From NCBI GenBank assembly GCA_965644265.1, contig OZ286461.1, forward strand, positions 40,796,001 to 40,860,000: a stretch of 64,000 bases of DNA, given 5' to 3'. Positions 24,901-38,600 of this stretch are shown one piece after another. Origin of the DNA: Glycera tridactyla. Its lineage: Eukaryota. Position 1 is the first letter of the stretch, and every line of letters begins with the position of its first letter. The notes under the pieces were generated by a model. It ran no database searches and was not told the DNA's origin. It worked only from the letters and a program-made list of their open reading frames with translations. A program made the translations under genes and the position numbers.

Positions 24901-27900
24901 AACTCATTTCTTCTTTCTAAACCCACTATTCACACCCTTCATCCCCAATCAATCAAGTATTTGGCCTCTGTACACTAACCTGTGCTGGTCAATGGGAACC
25001 CTTCAAATCACAAAGCTTTTTCTGCCTGGCCAAAAAATGATGTACGCTGGTCCCTATATGTACGCACTGGGCACAATTCAAGTTCAACTAGTGAATGACT
25101 GCCAAAAATCATTTGACCTCCCTTTGATCTCCCAGTGGTATTGAAGTTGGGGGTGAATCAGGTTCAACTGATAGAATCAAATGATGGAATGAATTTGTAA
25201 TATTCCTCTGAATAGTAATGGTGGGACCTTTCAAGAATACAATGTTCCCGGGTGCCTGCAATCATGCCAACATATGAAGGACAGTGTCATAATACGCCCG
25301 ATGGCATATTATATGACAATTTAAAGTTCATTTGCGCACTTCTGACATAGGACCCATGAAAGTTTCAGAGGCATACAAAGTCGAAAATAATCCTATAGAG
25401 GTCAGCGTTTGGTGCTATGAGTCACATGATGCTCAGAGAGCACAAGCAATCACTTCAAAAAGCAAAGACAGACAGCCAGTCCGAAACAAAAATTTCAGAA
25501 TAACAAATTGTGGCAACAACTTTCAAAGATCAATAGCAAAAAAGTTTTGCAGTAATGTAGATATATTCAATAGTACATTGACTTGACAGATATTCAGCAG
25601 ACAGAGTTACTCACAAATGGAACAGATAAAAGAACTAACATGATTACAAATGAAGAAATGTTTTGGTATTAAGTTGCAGGATTAGTCTCAGACACTAGTA
25701 CCAAATGATACCAGTTAGAGTTAGCTTACTTCTTTCACACTATGTCATTGAGATATTTGGTCAAAATATGTACAATTGTCAATTGCAGATGAGGGCCAAT
25801 TGAATATGGATAGGATATGAGGCTTGTCACTGGTCCCTGGCAAATGACATGGCCTCTGGCAAATGACACATTCTGAACCTATTTCTTATTTGCCAAAGGA
25901 AAGTGGATATAAAAATTAGCTTCATTGTGTCAATGACAAGTACTTTTGACTGTCACGGCTCCATGTGACTTCAGCCATGAAAAAAACCTTTGCCTTTTCA
26001 TCATACGTTCACGTGACTTGGGGAGCTTGAGACAGTTTATCCTGCATATAAACGTCACTGGTGCATACTTCTTCTCTATTGATTGACTTATGCCAGGATG
26101 AGGTTGAAGGGGTGTGTCTGGATAAAGGGGCTAAGGGCCTGCTTCCTTGGATGTCACTTAGGTTGTGTGCGTAACAACGATCTGCACACAAAAGCAAACT
26201 CATGTTATCCTTAATTTGGAGAAGGAAGGTGAGGTTGGTTGGTTGGTTCTGGTTTGACATCAATTCCACATCACTTGCGCAATATGTTGACAACCATGCA
26301 ATGGGCAAGGGTGGGTTTATTCAAGATTCCTCCTTCTGGGTCATCAACAGGAAACTCATTAAATTCACAGATGCTCAAGGTGTCATTTAAGGCTGAGGAA
26401 GAGACCGCAATATTTTGACAACTTTTATAGTGATTATTGCGCAAATAGGGACATGCTCTCTATCTGGGTCAATACATCAAGAATCCATGAAAACATCCAA
26501 GAAGGTGTCACTAAGACAGCTCGAATGATTGCTGTAAACTGACAAAAAATGTGCGAAATGACATGAGGAAATCGGGAAATCAAGATGGACATCAGAATAT
26601 TACAAGCCCTGACAGGATTTCTCAAGACAGCTACCACACAATTTGGACTGTTCAAGTATGGCTACATATGAGAATCTGGTCTTTTCACGTTTTGGAAATA
26701 ATTTCTCAAGGACTGGAGAATACCTGCTGGTGCCACATAGAGCTATTTTAGATAGTGATATTGAGTCCTGTTTTCACGCATTCCATGCAATATGAATGCA
26801 TTTCCTGTGCATAAAATAGAGATTGACAATTGAATACACTGAGCCATTCTCAATTAACATCCCTGATCAAAATGTTATCCACATCTCATGGCAAAGATGG
26901 GCTCTTTTTGAGGAATCAATGGTTTTCTCAAAGTGGACTAAACAATCTGAGTATATCTCTTCTCCTATGTGTGAGTACACGTAGTGGTCATATCCTCAAT
27001 CCCTACCACTATTCAATAAGATTGTTTTAGAAGGCTAGTGATACATATGAGATTCTCAAATCTAAAAAGAGTTTGACGATTATCTTCACACATGACTGAA
27101 AATGAAAATGACGGTCAACAAAAAACACTTAGACAGATGAAGAAAAGGGGATACATCCGAGAATTATCAGAAAATGCTGGAAGGTGCAAGCTTGGTTACC
27201 TGTCGAAAGAAGGCTTCTGGGGACATCTAGAGATGAAAAACCACAAAATGTCACCGATCAATATTCTACGTTTTCAATATCCCATCAAAATTTGACAAAA
27301 GAAAAATATGTTCTATTGATGACCCAATCTGCCATGGCTTACTCAGATGTCATATTTAGATGGAAAACTTTTTTTGGAAACAAAAAGATAAAACCATTTC
27401 TTCTTGAATCTCTGACTCATTTCTTACTTTCGATCCCACAATGCCAGGACTCCAGTTGCTCATCAGCAAGTTTGGAAACACATCTTACTCATAAAGCTGA
27501 GTTCAGCGACGGTGGAAACCTGATGTTGTGAAGGATGCATATGTGTGGGTGGGTGTTTGCATGTGGGAATGTGTGGTGCAAATATAATCTATCAGCCCAT
27601 ATCATTCATAATATTGTAAAATCACATGTAGTGACAGTTACTGACACAAGATGGCAGTGTAGACCAATACAATGAGAAGCAAAAGGAGCGTACTTAAAAG
27701 AAGCCAGTGACCAATTACATTGTGATGTCAATCTGCTTGCAATTTGTCACCATGGTGGTTACAGTTTAGTTTGATGTATTTCCTGATCATATTTCTGAAA
27801 TTCCAGTGAATAATCTACAGGGAACAGATATGAAGTAATTCACCAAAAAATGCGACTGTAGGTTAAACTTTGGCAAATAATCCATGGACTCAGTACCCCA

Positions 27901-30900
27901 ACATGAGATACAAACTTTTCCATGATAAAAACAATTTATCATTATTATTATTACTATTATTATTATTATCATTATTATTATTATTATGCCTGACCAAGTT
28001 CTGAAGAGAAAAGTTCCCGGGAGAAGTGAGATTTACACTCAAGAATGCACAATAGGATGTTTCAGTGATCTACTTCCGTATGGATTCTCATAGACATTTT
28101 CTTGAGTCATCCACATCCAATCAACTGATGAGAGTGGGAAGAATTATCATCTAAATTGACACTGACCTGTTGATAATTCACCTGATCCTGAGGTTTCGTG
28201 CGCCGTTTTGAATTACGAACACTAGGCTGCTTTTTGACAGCCCGATATCGGGGTCTTGGAGCATATCCACGAGAAGGCGTTGATCCCCGATTGTACAGGC
28301 GAGTTGGTGTCATATCTGGCTGCAGTAAGCTCTGATCTGCAGTGCCTGTAGAATTTGTCTCATTATCCAACATATTTAGAGTCAAATTTGACCCACCATA
28401 TTTACGATCATGATGTGCTAGGCGACTGGCAGTTAAGTAAGAACTCGTGTGTCCAGTTGCATCCACAGACTGACCATCGACTTTGACAGTTCTCCGTTTG
28501 GCAGCTAAAGCTGCAATGCTGCGGGTATTTGAAGCAATTACACGGCGGTCAGGAGAAGCTTTCTTTACAAAATTCTTGCTGACCACGGTGTTATGATTAG
28601 GTACACTTTCAAGTTTATTTGAGTCAACAGGGGGAGTTGGTGTGGTGGCAGTGCTTCGACTGCTCAATGTGATGATACTTTGTTGTCGCTGTTGTCCAGA
28701 TGGCGCTTGTGCTGCAGTCAAACTGTTGGAGGAGTTCTGCATCAGTTCCTCCCTCATTGCTGCATCTCGAAGTTGCTGGGCTTTCGGACTTCGCGAAAAC
28801 ATCTTGTTATCATTCACCCTGAAAATAGGAAACCCAATATGTTCCATTAGAATAAGTCAACTATTCGAAAAAGAAAAACTTGGGTGATGGTTCAAATATC
28901 ATGCATATTGCAGAAAGTCACAAATATATCTAGAGCAGTCAATTATGATATACATGTATATATACCGTATTCTCCCTAATTAGCGCCCCGGGGCGCTTGC
29001 CAATTGAGAAAGGGGGGTGCTTATTTGTTCAAGATGTCAAAAATCGCCGATGGGCGATGATATGGTATTTTGGCGTACAAACGGTGAAATATCAAAGAAA
29101 CGATCGATAAATGTATTCCTCGGGTACCATTTGTGTCATAAACGAGTAAAAATGATAGACTATGAGGATACGATGAATATTCGCTGACCAAAGAGCAGCG
29201 TCTGCATAACCACTCTCACTTTGACAAGTCATTCTCGTGTTTTTAGACATGGTTTTCCGCGATTAAAACCCATGAAATATCGAACTCACAGTAAAAACAA
29301 TGGTGCGAATGAATTCCTAGGTATAAAATCGTGTGGTATCCATGCATAAATCTCTCAAATCCGTCAAATATTCGCCGAAAACAGCGGAAATATCGAGCGG
29401 CAAGGAGTGGCAGCATCACCCACGTGCGAGCCGCCATGTTGGATCTGGCCTCCTCGCTGGCTCAGAAAGAGCGGGAAATTCAAATATCTGGGACTGTCAA
29501 AGCCAGTCGACAAATTCTCTCCCGCGGGAGGGGGGCCCTTATGAGGGTGGGGCGCTAATCAGGGAGAATACGGTATATGATTCCTGTATAATTCGACCCT
29601 CTCATTTTCAGCCAATTTCTTATTGCAAAAGATTTGCCTGATTTACCATTCTCCCACGTTGTGTGTCTTCCTCTGTCTCAGCACCCTTCCTCCAACTTGA
29701 GGCAGGTTTTTGTCTAATGCACATTCCACTCTTGCAGATGCCCAGTCCCCAGAATTAAGGAATCTCAGGAAGTCTATGAGGATGATTCCCGCACCCAAGA
29801 GGACAACAATGTCTCAGTCTCAGTCATAAGACATAATCTAGAATTCTGTCTGACAAATTGTCACACATGATGAATTAAATTCATTCAAAAGTGAGTCCAA
29901 ATTTCTGACATGAACAGGCAATTGTCAGACATGAGGCAAATTTATGTATGACAAATTGTCTGACAAGCCTGAAAACTTCTTGCATATACTGTTCAAGTGC
30001 CAAAAATATGATCTGTGGCAAAAGGAGTCATGGGAAAGCATCATGTACATACATTAGTACAATATGGAATTTACCAAATGACTGTAATTTGCAACTCTAC
30101 ATTCGAAACACTGCCCCGGTCTGACAAAGGATTCATACATTACTCCACATGCAAATCCTTCACTCAATCACTCACTTCTAGCAGTGGAATGATTCCAATT
30201 CAGCAAACCATCAAATCTCATTATCAGGTTGTGTTTGTCATATAATACTTTTCAGTTCAAAGGCGTATGGGAGGCCATTCACAAATGAGGATAGATTTAG
30301 CCGCAATATTGAGCGAACTATTCTCCCTGCCACCAGTCACTGTTAAAATATCGAATGCTTGTAAATTATTGGCAAAGTTTTGCCTCATTCTGCAGGATAT
30401 GAAATATAGTGCTGCATTTCATGGATACCTATGAACAACCAGAAGGCTGCTATTTGGATTTCATACCTTCCAATTCTGGGAGATTCAGGTACTCAAAAAC
30501 AAATACATGTAGAGAACAACACTTACTCTTCTAATCGAGCCAAGTTGCTGTGAGAAGACTTCTTGAGAAGTGGCTTCTTGTTGGCCGAATGGTTGGAGTT
30601 GTTGGATAATGGCGCCAGAAGACGGGACCCCATCAAACTAGACGAATCACCATCAAACGTGCTCAGCTTTTCTATCTCTGAGATACTCTCAGACTCGAGG
30701 AACTTCCGGTTGAGAGTGACGATTGAAGCCTGAAACCGAGGACACAAGATTACACCCAGTTTGCATCAGTGAACATATAAACCCCACCTATTCAACTATT
30801 AACCCCAATGTTTTAGAGAGGGGAACTTCCTCAGTGTATGCATCCATCCCAGAACGCTAATCTGGACCTTCTTCGTACAGTGATACTATCCATTGAAGAA

Positions 30901-33900
30901 AATGACACAACTTCAAAAGTTTGGAGGTTTGTTGCTCGCCATCACCATAATTGTCTAGGGCAATAACTGTGGGATAGCTTCAAGATAGATTCAAGAGATG
31001 AAAGTTTCAATTTTTGCCACGGGTGGCATTTTGCTATAATGAATACCAGCAAAGATGGGTAATGTGAATTGCAGGAATTGGTAATATGATTCCAATTCCA
31101 TACTCAGTAACATGAACAGAACAAAAGGCAGGCATGCTAAATCATCCGCAGGTTCTCTGCACTGTTTCCACCTTGTGATTTGATTTTGATGACCTATAAC
31201 CTATGAATAATGTCTGTACTCACCTTTCTGTTGCCCTGCACATCTGGCAGAGGCTCAGGGGAGGCAGGTCGCTCCATCAACTCCTGTTGATATAAGTCAT
31301 ACAGTTCCTCGAGTTCACGTGGTATTTCGGTCTTCTGATCCTCCAACAATACCCGCTAATTCACACACAAAAAAAACATAAGAATAAGTATATCTGTGGC
31401 ATACGTAATGTCCCAAAAAGTGAACACCAATGGAAGTCATACATTCTCCGAGTTCACAGGGTACTTCCGTTTTTGATAATCAAACAAAACTTCACACACA
31501 AACACAATAATTAGTATATCCGTGCTTACATATTGTCCAAAAAATCAAACCCTAAATTACATAATAATGCTGATTCCAGAATAGCTACCACTGCCACCAC
31601 TGCTACTTGATGTGAGGAAAATGCATAGAACTACCAGCAGCTATTGATGATTCAGGTATATGTTAAGACCAATTCATTAATAAGTACAATGATGAACATT
31701 TGAATTATTCAATTTTAGACAAAAGGTTGCAGCTGAAAAGAACAGACCTGTGAGTCTGACCGCATGATAATATTGTTGTCTTTTACCTGTAAATTGCAGT
31801 ATGTCGCTTATTTATCCAAAATAAAAGTATTGTCATTGTCATTGTCATTGTCATTTCTACAACCATCACCATCTCCACCATTGTCACATTTGAACCTCTG
31901 AAAGAGGGTGGAAGTACACTTGAACACATCCTGAGCATGTACTGTACTAAGCAAGAATCTTTCATGAGCAACCATGCTGTTTTCATCCCGCCGGAGTATT
32001 TTCACATTAATTCACCTAAACAAAACATGCCCCATCTCTAAGCATATAAGTCTTTCTTTGACTGCATTCTCCCTCTCCCTCTCCCCCTCCCTCCCTCCCT
32101 CCCTCCCTCTCAAACTAACCTGCTGGTGGATGATTTCATCACAAAGATTGTGATGCTGCCGAAGCTTAGCGATGACCATGTGACCACGACGTAACTCAAA
32201 TGTCCGAAGCAAACAGGATGACTGCATTTCCATGTTCTCTATCTCCAACTCGTGAACCTTACACAATAAGGTCAGAATTTCCTGCTGCTCCGCACTGCTC
32301 ACTTTTTTGGGTAAAGCCTGAAACATGACAATAATGTGGAACATCAAAACCTGTTCTTTTGGGATTACTTTGTCACATAAAAAATGTCACATGAAATTTC
32401 GATAGCAAGAGCATTATAAAAACTGCATGATACACATCCAATTTATGAGCTGAAATAACTCGAGTTTGACAACAATTACAAACTTGCACTTGTTTAGAAG
32501 TTTTTGGTAACACATTTGATGTCCAATATTGGATGTCAACAGAGTGGGTTCACCATTCAAAACGATACTTGCACCATCATACCAGGGTGAAAAGAGATAG
32601 CTGCCCACCTGCCCGGGGCTGGTCAATTTTTCTGGTGGGCAGGTTGAAATTCATCATAAATGACTTGCATATATAAGCAGGGCAGGTTGATTTTTCAGGT
32701 GGGCAGGTTAATTTTTCTGATGTCTTCTTGCCCTGCATACAGATGTATATGATCTACATTTCTCATTTGGGAGGCACCTCCACATGGAGGTGACTGAGTG
32801 CAACCTCTGAACTCCATTACTCCACCTCACCCTGATTTGAATAGGTACTTGCCTATAGGCGGTGATGTCAATTGTAGGGCGCTTAGCCCATGCACTCAAT
32901 CTTATGTTTTCTGCTTGTGTACTCCCAATGGAGATGAGAAAGGCTCATGGTTGAGGAGGCCTACCAAGGTACGTAACTGTCTAGTCAGATGAACTTGCTA
33001 AGGACCAGACTTAAAACCACTACATTTTTTTTATTGCTGCATTTGTGGGATAATTACATCCCTGAGAAATAGAATGTAAACCTTAGCATATATGGGGGAG
33101 GACGGGTCTTGAAATCCACACACATTTCAGATCTAAACATCTATCAAGCAGACTCATAGCTAAAACAAAGAAAAGAAGTGCAACATACAATGGGGCCAAT
33201 CTTCATTTCTGTTTTCAAAACCATGATGAGAGTTATTTTGTGGATATTGGGCCCTGGGCCAGTATCACACCATTTCAGAAGAATTCTGGCTCAGTGGTAA
33301 ATATCTATAGCCTTTCATGAATGGCTAACACTGAAGGCATAAAGCTGGTCTGTTCAACAAGACAAACAAACACATACAATCCAATACACATTTTGCTGTG
33401 CCGTACTGGCGGCTAAGCTAAAGAGCTGATGGATCATTTATCGAAGACAAACAAACAAAAATGAATGTATAATCAATTCAGCTGATTGCATTCAAACACT
33501 GATCCACACCACTATCCAAACAAGCAGCTCTAAAATCAATAGCAATCTCTCTTCATAAAATCCAACATGGTCAACAATGGACTCGTATTTTATGGGCTGA
33601 AGCATTTCATACTGATGCTGTATGCCTGACTACTCAACCAATCACAAATACACATCACTTTCTGGTGATTTCAATAGTTTCTTAAACCATCTTTATTTGG
33701 TCTTGATAATTTGTTGAATATGTGCCTGCATCTATTTGGATTTGTTTTGTAGTCTTCAAGATGAGGGAGTAAATCTACTTAAGCAGATATTGTATTATAC
33801 AGTCAAACCTGTTTGAGAGACCATATCTATACAAAGGCTACTTGCCTACAAAGACAGTCCTGAGCTGTGACTCTACATAGGCCACTTGTTTATGTGACAG

Positions 33901-35570
33901 AGTGTGATCTTTGTTGACAGGTTTGACTGTCCATCTATTCAGCAGGAAACAGTGGAACTTGTGACAAGAGACCACCAACAAGAGACCAACTCTGATGGTA
34001 AGACTGCTTCTTCAAGGCAACTTTTCTACTTGAAACAGTCAAACATACCTTCGACAAAAGACCAGTCATCTGAGAGATCACTATTCTTTGACATTTAAGG
34101 CAGTCTCTCTTCTCAGGTTTCAAGGTACGGTAATCCGATGTCAAGCCTAGAAATAGCATTTAATACCACCACTAATGTAGTCGTTATATTCTGTTTTCAG
34201 GCCTTATCAGCCAACTGACCTCAACAATTGTTTCAGCAATCTCCTTGGCATGTTCCAGCTCCTTGCTGACGTGTCCTTTCAAGCGGTCAGTTTTATCTTT
34301 ATCTCGCAGGAGATCTTTCAGCTCTTCACGAGCCATCCTCACTTCTTCAGGCTCCTCCATCTCCTCACCATCCATCTCACTCTTACTTTTCTCTGTGTCT
34401 GAATTATGAAAGAATCACAACTTATCATAAACATCTGGGCATCATCAAAAATGAGTGGTAATCCAGTCAACTGGAGAAACCCCTCTCCTAGAGAGACAGT
34501 AGCGGAAATGTCGATCACAAACAGTCAGGAACTATCAGTGAGCATATGACAATAAGAGAATTTCAGTGGTGACTAGTCCTAACGAAGTCAGCATACTTGG
34601 GATGGATTCTCTGAAAATTATATCAGTGAATGCTTGGCAATACCCTAAAAAAAAATAGAACTGTGATCCAGAGGATGACTGATCCCCCCCCCCCCCACCC
34701 CCTCACTCCAGCCAATGTGAAATAATGAGCACCACAAATTAACATTCAAGATGACAGCATCAGGTTTGGTTACTGAAGCCATAGTGTACCGACAGTTAGC
34801 AATGTAGAGTGCAAGCATGCATGGACACACACACACACATACNNNNNNNNNNNNNNNNNNNNNNNNNNNNNNNNNNNNNNNNNNNNNNNNNNNNNNNNNN
34901 NNNNNNNNNNNNNNNNNNNNNNNNNNNNNNNNNNNNNNNNNNNNNNNNNNNNNNNNNNNNNNNNNNNNNNAAAATTGAGTGGGCCAATGGCCCGCTTAGC
35001 AGAGAAACAGTGGGCCATTTTCAGGATTCAATGGGCCATTTTCGAAAGTTTGTGAGCCATTTCCAGGTTCGTGAAAACAACTGTTTTTCACAATATGACA
35101 CACCCATCACCAACCACCACACACACACACGCGCACACAAAGGAATGGCATCAAAATTATCCACCTGCCTGGTTAGCAGTTATATTTTTAGATCTACCTG
35201 CCTCTTCAAAATTCAGGAGGCCTCCATTATGTGTTCATTAAATTTATTATCATTTTCCACCTGTCCACTGAGCAGGTAGGTTTCAAAATAATTCTGTCAA
35301 CCTTGGAAATCTACATGCAAGGGCCAGTTGGGAGGCCATCTCAAGCACACACATGAACCCCATCTGGTCACCCCAGGATTACCCCCTGATCAGGCAAGGG
35401 TGAACAGGAACTGTCTGTTGATGTTGTGGTATTATCCCAGTCATCAGCCAGTAGGGGTCATTAAGAGGGATTACTTTCTTTGACCCTGTAGAATGCCCCT
35501 CCCAACAAATGTTGTCTTTGAGAAAAGTCACTGTTAGTTTATTGACAAAATTAATGGCTGCGCCCAGGGG

Positions 35571-35658
<88 letters not shown>

Positions 35659-38600
35659 TTTATTAGTGATAGAAATCATGTCAGAGACATATTTCCAGAT
35701 TGTACTGGCAACAGGTCCATGAAATGTGTTCCAAATGCCCAAATTATCTTTTGGCTTGTATGGGATTTGAACCATCAACCTTCCAGTTTGGCACCCTCGC
35801 CAGCAACAAACTGCCAACGCTNNNNNNNNNNNNNNNNNNNNNNNNNNNNNNNNNNNNNNNNNNNNNNNNNNNNNNNNNNNNNNNNNNNNNNNNNNNNNNN
35901 NNNNNNNNNNNNNNNNNNNNNNNNNNNNNNNNNNNNNNNNNNNNNNNNNNNNCGCGTCAGTTACCGAGTGTCTTACATAAGAATGAGGTCAAAGCCAGGA
36001 GAAGTGTGCGTTCATTACAGTCTAACACAATAGACAGTGGGAGAGAGCAACACAATACAGTGGGTGGGAGAGAGCAACTGAGCCAGGTAGAGTTTGGCTG
36101 TCTCAAAATATGTCAAAAAACTGCACATAAAACCCATCAAATGACAGAAAATCAAAAGTCACAGGGTCAAACAAAAATGCCTATGCACACCCACCCCTCA
36201 TTGGTAGTGGACATACCAAAAATGGGCAGTGTAGCATCAACACAGTGGACACAACGCGTTCCGCAAAAAAGTGTTTGCGGACAGACGGACAGACAGACAG
36301 ACAGATGGACAGACGGACAGACGGACGGATAGACTGAATCCAGTACCTTTGGTTGGGGTGCATGAAAAATTGAGTATGCCTCTGCATTCTTTGAAATATT
36401 ACCTTGACCTGACAATTATTCATTTTTCATTACAGTATTTTGCTCATCTGCTGGAGTAAAACAATGAATGAAACTACTGTGGATGCAATCAGTGATTGCG
36501 GTTGTCTTGCTGACATCACAGTTGGTAAAGCTGTGCGTCAAATGCAGGGCTCTACATTAACATTTTCTTCAGCTGTCCTACGGGCAGGTGAAGTGGAATT
36601 CTTACCTGCCCTCCCTGTCATCCTCACCTGCCCTCCTGCATATAATCATAATGCAAATAATGGTTGGGTACCTGCCCATGGGGCAGGCAGAATGATAAAA
36701 TCACCTGCCCTTACAACAATTCTGCCTGCCTGTGCCAGTAGGGCAACCATTAGCGTAGAGCCCTGGTACAGTCAAACCTCCTCTAAAGACCACTGAAGGC
36801 GGTCTTTATAGAGAGGTTCGACTGTATTCCCAAGCATATTCTATTCTAGGAAAAACTAGAGCCATTGCCAGAGGCAAATTAATACCCCCCCTCGCCGCTA
36901 TCAATGAAGGCGAATTGTGCCAGTGACCTTAACATTCAGCCTCATGACGCCAAAAGTAACAATTGCATCATAAAACCCGAAACTTATGTGAAATAGATAG
37001 CGACACACTGTTCACATACCAAATATCAAAGCAATTGCTCAAGAACTGAGGTCAGGGGAGCTGAAAATGTGATTTCCAGTGAAGTGACCTCCTGTGACCT
37101 TGACCTTTGACCTAGTGAAACCAAAATTGAGTGGTTCTTTCACTTAGTATGGGTAATGTGTCTCTGCAATATGAAATTGATAAGGGAAGGCAAACTCAAG
37201 ATATCATCCGGAAACCATTCCGCCTACACACAGGCAGCTTATAGATACATGGGTAGTGACATGACACCAAAAGTAACACTCACATCATAAAACCCGGAAC
37301 TTACGTGGAATAGATAGCGACACACTGTCCACATACCAAATATCAAAGCGATTGCTCAAGAATTGAGGTAAGGGGAAGCCGAAAATGTGATTTCCAGTGA
37401 TGTGACCTCCCGTGACCTTGACCTTTGACCTAGTGACACCAAAATCGATAGGGTTCTTCTGCCTAGTATGGGTAATGTATCCCTGTAATATGGAATCAAT
37501 AAGGCGAGGCAAACTTGAGAAATCATCCGGAAACCATTCTGCCTACACACTGGCAGCTTGTACATACATGGGTTGTATGAGTGACCTTAACATTCAGCCC
37601 CATGACGCCAAAGTAACAATTGCATCATAAAACCCGGAACTTATGTGAAATAGATAGCGACACACTGTTCACATATCAAATATGAAAACATTTGCTCGAA
37701 AATTGAGATCAGAGGAGCCGAAGATGTGATTTCCCATGAAATGACCTCCTGTGACCTTGACCTTTGACCTAGTGACACCAAAAACGATAGGGTTCCTCCT
37801 CTCCATATGGGTGATGTGTCTATGTAATATGAAATCAATGAGTGAAGGCAAACTTGAGATATCATCCGGAAACGACTCCGTCTACAGACAGACGGACAGA
37901 CAGACAGACAGACAGACGGATGGGGTGATTCCAGTATAAAAACATACAGCCCTGCTCAATCACCCAGGCATGGTCCAAAAATGTCCTCTGAGATCAGTAT
38001 GGAGGATAGACAGAGACCGCATGCTTGTGTATATGAATCCCACATAATATGCATAGACAGCATACAAAGTCTGTATGCACAGCTCTTATTATTCAGCATG
38101 TGAGATGGACACCCTCAAGGAAGACGCTGGGGCAACTAACTCCACCAAACTGAGGACCCTAATGCAGCACCGGGATGAGTGGAGAGTCCGCTGTCATGCC
38201 TGACCTAGGTCGACGTAATGAATGAATGAATGAATGAATGAATGAGAATGCAATATTCCTCCATGAAAGAAGTTGTTTGAAAAATTATAGCATAACTGAC
38301 CTCTGTCTTTGTCTTCACCATCATCCAGATCCTCAGCACTTTTATATCCCTTGTTTTTCTTCGCAGTCAGTGCACTCTCTCTTTCCCACCTAGTGCAGAC
38401 AGAACAGAATCAGAACAGGTTGAGTATGTATATAAAAACATGGCTCACTAAAATCCTCCAATCGCGGAAAATAATCAAATCTCTATTTGGCCATGTAACT
38501 ATAAACTACTTATTTTCATAGCTCAAAGCTTGATGATTGCAGCATAATGGTTCCCATCATATTTTTCAAAAAAACACCCAAGCATCTCCTAAAAATTGCA

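Noticed and set aside
26009-26182. Exon-like segment ([23 protein letters not shown]...)
   Set aside because: A phase-1 start is needed but the intron is phase 0, and there is no good donor.
33284-33470. TGGCTCAGTGGTA A-box as a tRNA gene
   Set aside because: No B-box or cloverleaf; it looks like decayed SINE pieces with AAAC tails.
34590-34603. 14-nt microexon candidate (ttttcag|AGAATCCATCCCAA|gtatgc) in a KIF19 intron
   Set aside because: It would shift the frame, and the flanking exons already join in phase.
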